NCBI RefSeq assembly: GCF_006345805.1 | Contig: NC_042997.1 | Location: 18,352,001 to 18,416,000, forward strand | DNA: 64,000 nt | From: Octopus sinensis | Lineage: Eukaryota | Reading direction: 5' to 3' | Shown: piece after piece, positions 51,316 through 64,000 of the stretch | Layout of the letters: each line of letters begins with the position of its first letter | Position numbering within the stretch: the stretch's first letter is position 1 | Notes under the pieces: model-generated | Told to the model about the DNA's origin: nothing | What the model saw: the letters and a program-made list of their open reading frames with translations, nothing else | Database searches by the model: none | Program-made: the position numbers and the translations under genes

Positions 51316-51847
51316 TCATTTTCTTATTCTCATAGTTTGATTTTAATTTTAATGTCAATTTCAGTTTTTTGCAAATCAAAAACACTGCAAGAGAATTCTC
51401 AAAATTTGGTTTCTTCCATCAGTTTCCGGTGTTCTTTAAGTAGTAGGGACATTAGTGATCAATTCTCTCAGGAGATCCTTTTACCTGGCTGGTAATGGAG
51501 GTAGAACATCAGTCACTTTTACTGCTGTGTTGTGACAGAAATGCATTCTATTTTATTAAGATATTAATATATATATGAATTTTAATAGACAAAAGGTAAG
51601 AGTACATCAAACACTGTTGCTAATTTTTAGTATCCATTCACTGTATCTCAATATATTTTTACTCAGCACATTTTTTTTTTTACCTCACTGAGTTCACTAC
51701 TAAAAATGCTTTGCAAGAAAGAAATACTTGCATTGTATTTATGAGATATAAATACTGCTATTATACTTATATAAATACATACATGCATATATACATACAT
51801 ACATACATACATACACATGCATACTCACAGAGAGAGAGGGGGGAGAT

Positions 51848-51849
<2 letters not shown>

Positions 51850-51899
<50 letters not shown>

Positions 51900-51941
51900 C
51901 ATGCATATATATATATACATATATATATGTATATATATATG

Positions 51942-51973
<32 letters not shown>

Positions 51974-52006
51974 ATACATGCATATATATATATACAAATA
52001 TATATG

Positions 52007-52081
<75 letters not shown>

Positions 52082-52085
52082 ATAT
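51850..52085. repeat. Interrupted (TA)n microsatellite
   Basis: Directly visible. Confidence 0.96.
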
Positions 52086-54781
52086 AACTGCATGTTCTAA
52101 GTTGTTAGGGGAAATTTAGTGTTGGCATCAGGAGCAATAAACATTGTTGTAAACTGTAGTGGCCAACCACTCCTTGCAAAGAGGAGCAGATATAAAAGTG
52201 ATGATGATAGGGATAATGATGACAATATACCTATGCATGTACACATATACATACTTATATATATATGTGTGTGTGTGTGTGTATGTATCACTTTACATGT
52301 ATACATGTATGTATGTATATATATATATATATGTCTTTATGTATATGTGTTTATGTACACACACACACAACATACATACATTCCAATCATATACACATAT
52401 ATATATATATGAATGCATACAAATACATAAGCTCATATTCATGTGTGCAGGTGTGAGAATGTTGAATATTTTCAGTATGCGTGTCTGTCTGTGTGCGTGT
52501 GTTTTTGCTCCTTAATATGCCTACTTGTACAAATTTACAAAGATGTTCATCAGTGTTCGTGAAGCGCTTAAGATGGATTGCCTTTGCAATTCTCAGTACA
52601 TATTTATCTGTCTATTTGCATTCATATATGCATGGGTATACATCTGAATGCATTATGAAATTTATGTATTCTGATTAGTATTGGTTGAGGGTCTTCATCT
52701 TCTTGATACACACACACACGTAAACACGTAAATATATATGTGTATATATACGTGTATATATATATATATATATGTATGTATATATGTATGTATATATAAA
52801 TCTTTATTTATGAGGTGGTTGGATGTACCTATGTTACAGAGCGGCACAAAAGTTTGTACAGCTTTCCACAAAGATCAGCTGAAGTGCCATCTCATTTGTA
52901 TTCATGAATGAACCTTTACTATTATTTATTATTGTAAGAAGTGAAAGGACTAGAGCTGATGTTAATACTATTATGTTTAGCCCTTATCCAGTGAAGAAAA
53001 TCATTGTTGTTCACATTTGTCTTCCTTCTTTTTGTTGTAGTTTTTCTTTCTATTTCTTTCTTTATTTCTTCTTCCTTCTTCCATCTCTTCTGTGAGTCAT
53101 GCATGATTGATGATGACCTCCTTGTGTTAAACAGAGCCCTAGTCCTGTGATACAGACATATTCACATGCTGTGATATATTTGAATGTAAAGGGCACACAC
53201 TTTTCTGCTATTTGGTTTTCTAATACATCTAGCCACATTACACTCAGTTACCCTTTGTGCACTTTGGTGTACATACACAAACACATATATACATATATGC
53301 ATATATGCACAAACGACAGAAACATACACAGAATAAAAAATATATTTTGGCCTTATAAATATGCAATGTATCTTCTACACATGTACATATTTATACTTAC
53401 ATGTTTGTACATACATACATGCATACAGACAGACAGTCAGACACACACATACACGTATGCACACACACACACACACACATATATATATGTTTGTTTAGTT
53501 TTAGATGGAGAGTTACTTTGAGGCAGGAGTGTTGAGGCTAGATACTTTCCCTGTTGCTAGCCCTTTTATACATACCCATATATATGTACATATGTACATA
53601 TATATGTGTGTTTGAGTCTATATATATGTGTGTGCATGAAAGTGAGAAAGAAATTATGAATATTTGCTTTTTGTACTTTGCCTAAAATTTACTAAAATAT
53701 GATTGTAAATTTAAGATAACTCTCTTAACAAGTTGTTGGTTACTTCTGCAGTTTTGAAACAAATAGAATGAGCATTCTCTTACTTGAAAAACACTTAAAA
53801 ACAGTTAAGTTTTATCAATGATTTAAACCTTCCTGCAGAACGGCCATGAAAACGATGCCTCAAAATTATATGTGCATCTCTCACATGAGAACATGGAAAA
53901 TTGTCTGTAACACATATGCACACGTGCACACGTGCACACATACACTCACACACACATACACATATTTATATGTGTATAATCTCTGTTAAGTCGAAATTTT
54001 GGGGGTTAGGTACTACACTAAATACTACAGCCACATATATAAGGTTTACTGCAAACCGGTTCACAATACAATACAACCAACACATGCATACTTTTTGCAA
54101 CTCTAACAGAAAATATGTTACCTAACTATTCAAAACATATATAGACATCAAAATATAAAATACTTCATTCAGCATCATTTGGAAAAAAGTGTCATATGTA
54201 CAACAATACCAAGTTAAGTACAAAACCTGCTGACTTTGTATTAGTGAATCCTAACACATTCTCATATTTAGGAATCAAATTCTGAATTGAAACTCTGAAT
54301 TAATCTCTTCCAGCAAACACAAAATTCTTCAAAACACTAAAACACTTCAGACCAATAATTTTTTTATCAGCAAAGAATCAAACTACCTCACCACCTTTCC
54401 TTCCCTCCACCTTCACCACGAACTATCCCTAGATTACACATAAACACTAACAATGAAGCTTTACACTACACAAGTATTGTTGAAACTATCTAAGTTGCCC
54501 AACTTTCAACCAAAAATTCACACAAAAATCTTCTATGTGTACACACATTTAGTTTCACCCCCCACACACACACACATGCATACATATATGCAAGGACCAT
54601 AGAGGATTAACCTGGTTTAGAATTTTTTAATTTCGCTTTTGATACATAATTATATGCATACGTTTTTTTTATAATTCTCCATTTTCACATATATTCACAG
54701 ATCAGCCCAAAAACTTTACCTCTCTAAAACACAAAGGTCAAAAAGTTCTAACTAGTAATTACATAATATATAGAACAATTA

Positions 54782-54995
54782 GGGTGGTGAGCTGACAAAA
54801 TTATAAGAATGCTGGGCAAAGTGCTTAGCAGCATTTCATGTCTTTACAGTCTGAGCTCAAATTCTGCCACGGTCAACTTTTCCTTTCCCCCTTTTGGGGC
54901 TGATAAAATAGGTGCAAGTTGAACACTGGGATCAATGTAATCAACTTAGCCCCCCCCCTTGAAATTTTTGACCTTGGGCCAAAATTTGAAAGCAA
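54782..54995 (+). mobile_element. SINE family C (diverged)
   Basis: ggtggtgagctgacaaaa...gagctcaaattctgccacggtcaactttt. Confidence 0.78.
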
Positions 54996-55784
54996 TATCT
55001 AGAGCTATTAATTTACTAGTGAGAAATCTGCTGACCAGCCAACTTTTACACCTGACTACATAAACAGCTCTCTATACGAACAACACCATGACATTCTTGG
55101 TTGATAACTTCTAGATTCCCAGTAATAAACAAGTAAAACCTTGTAAATAATACCAAATAAAAAGTAATTTACCCTGGTTCACTGACCCCTACTGTAGAGC
55201 AAGTGCAGTGTGAGGCAAGGGGTTTCTGTCAGTGCATCAATACAGAAAAATAAATCCTTGTTCACTAGTCTAAGATATGTAGACCAAGGAGGAGAGTTGG
55301 AGAAAGAAAAAGCAGTGACAACAGAAAGGCCAGAAATGGATGGCTAGGAGGTGGGCTAAGAGTGTATGTGTAGAAAGTACTCAATAACCAGGGTGTCTCA
55401 AATGGCTGAGGAGGAGAAGAAAGAATAATGATATCAGAAGGATAGGAATGTGTAGGTAAAAGGAGCAAAAATTTGATGGGGAAAGCATGGTTATTTAAGA
55501 GTGAAGGAGAGGGTGACTGGAGGTGGATAAAAGTAAGGGTGAATGATGAGATAAAAGCAAGAGTTGGTGACGGGTGACAATAGAAGCGGCTCATCAGTGA
55601 GATAATGATGACTGACAATACAAAAGGGAGAAGGAAGAATGTGATGGGCGAATAGACAAGGGCTGCCTAATACAGTCTCTTTTGCAAGGTGAGAAGGCAT
55701 CAAACGCAGGTTTGGTAGGCTACGGTGTATTTCAGCCTCAAATACTACAATCATGTAAAAATTTATTTTACTGTGTTTTTGATG

Positions 55785-56230
55785 ACTGGCATCCGTGCTA
55801 GTGGAGCGCTAAGAGCACCATCTGAGTGTGATTGTTGCCAGAATGACTAACTAGCTTCCGTGCCTGGGCACGTAAAAAGCACCATTTGCACGTGATCTTT
55901 ACCAGCATCGCCTTACTGGCACATGATAAAACATACAAGTGAGGTTGCTACCAGTGTCGCTGGACTGGCTCCTGTGCATGTGACATGCAAAAAGCACCAT
56001 TTGAGCATGGCCATTGCCAGTACCACCTGACTTGCCCTCGTACCGGTGGCACATAAAAGCACCCACTACACTCTTGGAGTGGTTGCCATTAGGAAGGGCA
56101 TCCAGCTGTAGAAACTCTGCCGGATCAAGATTGGAGCATAGCGCAGCCATCTGGTTCGCCAGTCCTCAGTCAAATCGTCCAACCCATGCTAGCATGGAAA
56201 GCAGACGTTAAACAACGATGATGATGATAA
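55785..56230 (+). mobile_element. SINE-like family D
   Basis: Similar to 61455-61915 and 21100-21510, with a (GAT)n tail. Confidence 0.9.
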
Positions 56231-56244
56231 TGATGTGGGTGGCT

Positions 56245-56715
56245 GGGTCTCCTTCAGCACTGTGCCTTGCCAATGAGTACAGTCCTTTGTCACCTCTGTG
56301 ACAAGCAACATTTTTAGATAAGCCTTACCACTTCATCTATAATGTTCCTTGGCTTCCCTTTTCCACAGGCTCCATTAACGTGGAATGCTCAGTATTTCCT
56401 TATACAATAGTCATCCTCCTTATGCATTAGATGCTTATACCAGCACAGCCTTCTTTCTTGTATTCCTTTAATTTCTGATTCCATTAATTCCTAATTTATT
56501 TTTCTTAGCTCATTTATACTCTAATGTTAATGAACCCAAGCATTACATATTACACAACCAGTACAACATTTCTGTCTAATCTTTGCAAGTCTTCTGCATC
56601 AAAGGCCCACATCTCATTGCTCTCTACCCTTTGCTGTGAGAGAGAAGACTTTGTTGCCAGTGGAGGAAATAGTGCCTTAAATATATTTCCCAGCTCGTTC
56701 TGACTTTGGCTACCA
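56245..56715 (-). mobile_element. Decayed RTE LINE C-terminal RT region
   Basis: SNEMWAFDAEDLQRLDRN (GSETW..RLERN-like), QERRLCWY.HLMH and GKGKPRNIIDEVVR. Confidence 0.75.
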
Positions 56716-56814
56716 AACTTTCTATAAAACCACCTTCCTTGTTAATTATGTCTCCTATGTAACAGAATCTCTAAAAAAAAAAAATAATAATAATAATAAT
56801 AAATAAATAAACAG

Positions 56815-56928
56815 TGCTTCTCGTTCAAAAACTCTTGCGGCATTTGTTCCATGCAGAGTTACAAACACTCCTTTGTTGCTGCTGCAGTCTGAAATGCAGT
56901 GAACTACTGATTGACCCACTGGAAACCT
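56815..56928 (+). CDS. Weak candidate symmetric exon (LLVQKLLRHLFHAELQTLLCCCSLKCSELLIDPLET), possibly spliced to 57525-57727
   Basis: 114-nt open frame in locally GC-richer sequence with a strong |gtgagt donor; the acceptor lacks a pyrimidine tract. Confidence 0.2.
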
Positions 56929-57313
56929 GTGAGTGAAGATTCCTCTATTGTTCACCAATTACAATATGAAAGAAGAACAAAATAAATACATTGATAACAA
57001 ATACCTTTGATATAAAATGATAATGTATTTCTTTAGACATTGCCAATATTATGATTGATGCATACAGTACAGTTTCTATTTTAAATATTCCAATCACTAA
57101 CATTTTGTTCATCACAATTGGGACATCATTCTTTTCAATAATTCGATGCAATTCTTAACTGTCTCAGTCATTCTGTTATTTCCTCAATCTTTATGCTTTC
57201 TCTTCTAATCTTTATCGATTAGCTTCTTCATAACAAAATGATGTAAAGCAAATGCTTTTAGTATTGCCATCTTCTTACAGCAGAACTTATGTCAATTTTA
57301 TGGTATCTATGTG

Positions 57314-57346
<33 letters not shown>

Positions 57347-58659
57347 CTTTCATGTTTGTAAAACATGTAAACTAATAAAATGCAGTGAGTTATATAAAAC
57401 CAGATATTATTGTAAAATATGAACAATGATAAATATACATTAAAAAAAGAAAAACTGTTTGCCATGCATTTCTACATTATTTCATGGGAAAAATGGTTTA
57501 TTTGTTGAGGTAAATATATTACAGTGAATGCCCTTCAAACAATGAACCATTCAACTGTGGTGCGGAAACTGTTTGTTACCAGTCGGGTTTACTGGAGCAT
57601 GAAGTTCTCTCTTTGTTCCTCAGGGATTATGACAATAGACATAGTAACATTTGAACTTATGGTCATGTGGTTTGTAGTTCAGTGCACTTACCTACCATAT
57701 AGTGCACCTCATACTAATTTCATATGAAGTGTATTGATACCGTTTGAAATAATTTTATGGGTTAAAATATTTTGAATTATTGGTAAACAAATATCTATGT
57801 CAGCTTACAAATTCTTGATAGATATAGTATACATGTTCTATGTATATATTTTGTGTATACACATTTATTTGTTATAATAAATAATATAAATGACAGTATG
57901 CCATTCTTTCATCACTTTGTTTTTGAAAATACTAACTCTACAGACTGTGTATAGGAAGTGCATAGCTAATTGAATTAACCCAGGACATGAGTAACTTTCT
58001 CAACCATGTAAGCATGAATGCAGAGTTACCTTTACTGGGTTCCATAAACAATATAAAGTGCTGTCACACCATCAGTTTTCAGCATTATCAGAAATAATAA
58101 TTTGATTCCTTTTTGTGTATTTATTTAAATGAATGTAGTCTGGATGTACAGATTATATCTATAATATCTAATACATCTTTGTAAGTCTTCATCCAATGCA
58201 GAGAATATAAAATTACACTCCATTTGAAGACTACAAAATATTCAGTACACAAGCAGATATTCTCCAATGAGAAATGAGTGAGAATAAGGAGTACTTTTGT
58301 TAGAAACATCCAGATGAAGACTGAATCTAAAAGACCATCCAGCTGATTGGTGAAGATCCACAAACCAACAAACTACAGCTTCTGTTTTGTTCTACTTTTT
58401 CTACTTTCTTACCATCACTTAAAAGTCTTTGCTAGTTCCATACTACTTTCACACAACTAACACTCAATATGCCATCTCTTCTCCTCTTATCAAGGATTCT
58501 GTTTAATTCCTCCTAAAACCTACCTGGACCACTTTTATCCAGTCCTTTCTCCCTATTGTCAGCCCTCGCTATTCCCTTTCTACCCATGTTTTTCTCTCTC
58601 ACAGTTGTCCTAAGAGAGAAGCAATTGCATTAATTTTATCAATCTCAGTGGTCTCACAT

Positions 58660-58885
58660 GGAGACACAAAGCTTAGTGGTTTGTGTGTTGGATGTAAGAT
58701 TGTGGTTTTAATTCCTGGACCGGGTGACACATTGTGTTCTTGAGCAAGACACTTCATTTTATGTTGCTCCAGTTCACTCAGCTTTCAAAAATGAGTAATC
58801 CTGTGACAGACCAGCATCATCACATCCAGGAGGAGAATGTAAATGCTGTGGAAGCTGGGAAACTGGCCCTGCGAGTCTATTTGAC
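58660..58885 (+). mobile_element. SINE family B
   Basis: gcttagtgg...ggttttaattcctggaccgggtgacacattgtgttcttgagcaagacact. Confidence 0.87.
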
Positions 58886-61454
58886 CCAAGAAGGACCTTT
58901 CTCCTTTTATTTTTTATCAGTGGTCCTGCAAATATTATTTACTCATACTAAAACTACAAACAACAACATATTCAAAACAAAATTTATTGAATTGTCAACC
59001 GTATATGTTGTTTATTTGTTATGGTAGGTAAATCAACCTTATTGTGAACATAGAAGAATTAGACTAAATATTTTTTTTACAACTTTGTAATTTTGTGCCT
59101 TAAATAGGGTGCAAGTGTAGGTGTGTGATTAAGAAATTTGCTTTGCAATGACATAGTTCACAGTTTGACCTCTCTCTCTCCACTGTGTTGTAACTACAAG
59201 AAAGTAATTTCAAACAGAACTTCTGGTTTACCAAAATCTTGTTAATGAAATTTTGATAGATGGAAGCTGTACAGAAGCCTTGTATATGTGAGTGTTTTCA
59301 AAACTTTGTATTGTTGGTATTAAGCCCTTTTAAATATTTGTTCTACACTGAGTTGCATCTTACTCCTATGTTATTTTCACCATCAAAAATGCATAGAACC
59401 AGTAACTGGTCGGTTAGAAATCTCCAAATGATGACACTTATTCACAAATTACAATATAAAATATATAAATACATACATCTTAAATTCTTCAACTCCTTTT
59501 GGTATTTTATATGCATTCAACCAATATTCTGCAGATTTGCTATAAATTGTTATAAGTTAGGGTTAGCATTATGGATAAACTGGAAAATTTGATTTGTTAG
59601 GATTCATCCAATGGCAGTCTTCCTGATGCATCTTTTTAAAGTTCTAACCACTTCTCTGGTTCCATCATAATTCTGAACCCCATTGCTGGTAACAGTACAA
59701 GTAATATTTATTCATTAGAATAATTTATTTTCAGATTATATTTAACCTTTAATTCTAATGTTCATCTGCAATATATGTGTTACATTTAAGAGAATAGCTT
59801 TGTTTCTGGGCCAGACCCAGTGATAAAAAGTGGCTAGCTATAGATTTTCTAAACTCTCAGCAAATTTTGTAGCTGGAAGAATTATTTTCAAAGATTCAGA
59901 TAGTTTTGATCTATTCTGTACCTTTGCCAAATTCCTTGACATGTAAGAGAATATTCTACATTTGCATCAAAGTAACTCACATCATATTATAAGTCTATGC
60001 CAGATGACAATGTGTATATTTGATCTATAGCCATTTTAGGAATTTCAAAATAAGAAATACTGACTCTTATAATGGTAAAGCATTTAGAAAAATATATATA
60101 AAAAGAAAATATATTTTTCACCATTTTCTTTTATCTTCAGGAAAAATGAAAATAGTGATAAAATATTTTCAATATTTTATATCTTTGCTGTAGGTGGTGT
60201 AGCATAAAAAGTCAAGTGTTGGACTAAATGCTTTACAGTATTTAATTTTGTCTTTTACAGTCTCAGTTGAAGTCTTTTGATTTTTGCCTTCCTTTCTCTT
60301 CAGTTAAGAATGTAGGTATCATACATATTCAATTAACTGTACTTTTCACCATCAAATTTGTGGCATATTGCCAATGAAATTGATTGTTATTTTATGAGGG
60401 GGTAAGTAGATGAAAATGGTTGATCACCAGACTAAATGCCTTATCACTACATATTTCTGTCCCACTATGACCTAGGTTCAAATCCCAGCTAGTCAGTTTT
60501 GAATTTTAGCTCTTTTAGTTTTAATAAAGACAATACCCTACCACTCAGTTTAAATTAATTGGAATGATTTTCTATTATCATCCTGCTGGTGTTGACTTTG
60601 CTTTGTAATCATGCAGTGTTGTTAAACAAAAAAAAAATCAATCAATTATTATGATCAATGTAATTGACAATAACCACCGCTTGAAAACAATTTGAGGTCT
60701 TGTAAAATAATTTTTTTTATTGCTGTTATTAATTTATTATTCTTTGATTGCTATTATTTCATTACATTTACATTACTTATAACCTTTTGAAAAGTATAAA
60801 TGTTAACAATCTCATTTCTTCTTATTCATTATAAATCTGTGAGTTTGTAGCCTTGTAACAAATAATTAGTCAAACTTCAGCTAGATCATTTGGGGAAAAG
60901 ACTCAGGGGTAACTGACCTCTGAATTATAACATTTTACCAAACTTACCTCCAGTAGGTAATGTTACTCATAAAATATCTTCCATTAGTTATAAATCTTTA
61001 TATTTTATTTCAGGTCATATCTGTGAGTGTATGTGTTTTTTTTCTTTTCAGTTTTCTTAGGCTGCCCATTTATAATCAGATACTAGCATTTATTTGATAT
61101 ATTAAATTTGAGGAGTGAAATGCATTCTTGGCTTTCATTTATATTTGAGAACTGGTATCAGTCTATAAATTTAACTTGAGTTGTTAAATGGAGGAAAACA
61201 TGGGCAGAAAATATTATGAAAGGAAATCAGATGTAAGTCATCCAACTAACACACATTAACGGAAACAAGTATATCAAATGGGTTCAGTAACTGATGACAT
61301 TACAAATTCTAGGAAGAAAACCAGTTGTAGTCACGACCATCATCATCGTTTTTACATCTTCTTTGTCCATGCAGGCATGGGTTAGATTTATTGATAATCA
61401 TTGTATCTAACAACAAAAATTTAATCATGAAATTGAAATTGAAATCAAATTCGA

Positions 61455-61915
61455 TGACTGGCATCTGTGCTAGTGGAGTGCTAAGAGCACCATCCAAGCA
61501 TGATCGTTGCCCGAGCAACAAACTGACTTCTGTGCTGGTGGCACGTATAAAGCACCATTCGAGCATGATCATTACCTGCATTGCCTTACTGACACTTGTG
61601 CTGATGGTGTGCGAAAAAACATTCGAGCAAGGTTGTTGCCAGTGTCGCCGGACTGACTCCTGTGCATGTGGCACATAAAAAGCACCATTTGAGTATGGCC
61701 GTTGCCAGTACCACCTGACCAGCCCTCGTGCTGGTGGCACATAAAAGCACCCACTACACTCTTGGAGTGGTTGGCATTAGGAAGGGCATCCAGCTGTAGA
61801 GACTCTGCCAGATCAGATTGGAGCCTGGTGCAGCCATCTGGTTCACCAGGCCTCAGTCAAATCGCCGAACCCATGCTAGCATGGAAAGCGGACGTTAAAT
61901 GATGATGATGATGAT
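61455..61915 (+). mobile_element. SINE-like family D, preceded by an inverted tail fragment at 61335-61385
   Basis: Similar to 55785-56230; tail ccatgctagcatggaaagcggacgttaaatgatgatg. Confidence 0.9.
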
Positions 61916-62984
61916 GGAAGATATTGATCTGTAGTCAAATCCTATTAGTCCCATCATATCATAAAACTTTACTAATAACTAAAAACAATAACTTGATTAT
62001 TTGATTAAAGCATTTAGAATTGATATATTCATAATACAAAACTTGGAACCTAAAATAAAGCTCCCCACAAAAAAGAAGAAAAAGAAAAGAAAAGAAGGGT
62101 AGGGGCTTAATATTCTGAAGTCAATGATATCAAGGAATATGGAATCTATTTATGATGAGACCTAATTTAATATCTTATAATAAACCAGGCAGTATTATTT
62201 CAGATTATTATTTCTCTCCTTCCTAACAGATTTTTCAAATGATAAATAATAATAAATAAATAAATCTAGGGCAGTTATATATATATATTTTTAGGGATAT
62301 GATTAAGCTTTGTTTTGTAAAAATATTTGAGAATCCTACTATCTAAAGATTTGATATTTTTCTACTGAAATTCAGGCCATGTATGCATTCTCATAGCTTG
62401 AAGCCAAAATATTCGCGTCATCACTACAACACTTTGCTCTTCACCATAATTAATTCTCATATCTTCAACAGCAGAAAGGCCATATTTTCTTCTATCTCTT
62501 CCCTACAAACATAGAATTCATTCTTCAGGGTAATCGACTTCAGAATATATTACCTATTCTAAATAAATTCCAAAGGATTCTTCCCACTTACTTTTCCTTT
62601 TCTTTTCAAGATATATTATTATTGCTGAAGCCGATGTCATTTTTTCTTTTCGGTTGTTATCATAGTTATTATCAACTTTATCATTATCATTATCTTATCA
62701 TCACCATCATCACCACCATCAGAAGCAGCAGCAGCAGCAGAACATCAGCAGTAGTGATGTGGTTGTTTTCCTACCATATATTTTAAAATTGGTATTTTTT
62801 TAAAGTGCTTTCTTCAAATTGGGGTCATTTATATTTGATTTCCCCCATTTCACTTTTTCATTTTTTCTTCTTTCCCTGTTGTCATTCCCTCATTTTTACC
62901 TCTCACACTCTGTCCCTATTTATATGTGTATCTGTTTATCCCTTTCCAGAGCAGTTTTGAAATATTTCTTTATCACAGGCATTA

Positions 62985-63130
62985 TCATCATCATCATCAT
63001 CGTCATTGTCATTGTTGTTGTCATTGTTATTGTCATACTACTGGCTTTGTTACTCATCACCACCATCATCACCACCACCATCATCATCATCATCATCATC
63101 ATCATCACCACTCACACCACTACCATTATC
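62985..63130. repeat. (CAT)n/(CAC)n/(TTG)n trinucleotide tract
   Basis: Directly visible; source of poly-H, poly-I and poly-M ORFs. Confidence 0.95.
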
Positions 63131-64000
63131 AACATTCCCCTCCTCCAGTCACAATTATCATAATCATCATCAATATATATTTTTTAGACATTTACTGGCA
63201 GCATATTATCATACTATTAAGCTACTACCACTACCACTCTTACCTCAGCTAAAGCTTCCCTGAGAAATAGTGGGGAGGCTGCAATAAATGGAAGAGACCC
63301 CTTGTACATGTGATGTACATGTTTTATGAAATTAAGAAAGAGATGAGACAAAAAAGACTTAATACAACTGATCAAATTGCTAGAAATAGCAGACAAATTT
63401 TTTTTGCTTGACACCCTACTATCTTAACAAAAGAAGGCCACATTGAATAACATGGTCTTGGATGTATGGATATATATACTACCTGAAAAAAGGAAGGTTT
63501 GTGATAAGTGGAATGCCTTTGACCATAAGTCTGTCCAGTAAGACATAACCAGGGGTTAAACAACAACAAACAGAATGGAGGAAATAAATGCTTGATCCCA
63601 TAGGATATGAACGCACAAAAATGGAAGTTGAAGCTAATGAAAATCATTTAGCTTGGTGTTGAACTATCTTAATGAACTCACTCTACTACTAGTAATTATA
63701 ATAATTACTTCGATAAAAAACATTGCTGGGTTATGATACCAATGACTACACAATCTATAGCTATGAGTCAATGGGGAAGGTAACTTGAACTTGCTAAACA
63801 TAGCAGTCACATATCCCTCCAATTTGGTAGCTATTTCCAGCAGGGCAAGTAATTATGTTGAGCTCTCCTTTTTGACTTGTAAATATCCATTTGTTGCTAA
63901 CACTTACTACACAAATTTGACCCAAATGGTTATTTTGCCCCCTTGCCCCATTGCAACCATTTACCACTTTTTCTTTCTTTCTCTCTCTCTTGCTTTTCAT

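Noticed and set aside
56755-56958. HCISDC resemblance to a macro (OARD1-like) domain
   Set aside because: Only a 5-6 residue match; flanking conserved residues are absent.
57689-57760. YTSYEISMRC FN3-like peptide before a minus-strand gtaagt donor
   Set aside because: An in-frame stop lies upstream with no intervening acceptor AG.
63794-64000. TCPAGNSY..CD resemblance to a chitin-binding domain
   Set aside because: Cysteine spacing is incomplete, the ORF starts in a purine-rich repeat at the window edge and there is no clear exon boundary.

Overview
This is 64 kb of very AT-rich, microsatellite-dense eukaryotic genomic DNA. The repeat families and the (TA)n/(CA)n/(GATA)n density resemble an Octopus or other cephalopod genome, though that is inference from recalled repeat types, not a database result. 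No host gene could be identified: almost all listed ORFs are microsatellite read-throughs or antisense frames of decayed transposons, and only weak candidate exons remain. The window holds at least four tRNA-derived or LINE-tailed SINE-like families and decayed RTE and CR1-like LINE pieces. It also holds three Penelope-like (PLE) reverse-transcriptase remnants, an internally deleted CsRn1-like Gypsy LTR element, and Tc1/mariner-like and piggyBac-like remnants. The most striking structure is a set of (TA)n-anchored 'tail-out' foldback elements. (1) A perfect 206-bp inverted repeat at 41958-42385 carries an intact-looking type I hammerhead ribozyme in each arm. (2) An adjacent 1.3-kb element at 42561-43900 has ~325-bp inverted arms with a minimal hammerhead variant and a decayed GIY-YIG-like interior. 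(3) A third copy of that arm lies at 34025-34250. (4) An AT-eroded foldback with the same terminus lies at 6431-6872. Motifs were read by eye, and coordinates of decayed repeats are approximate.
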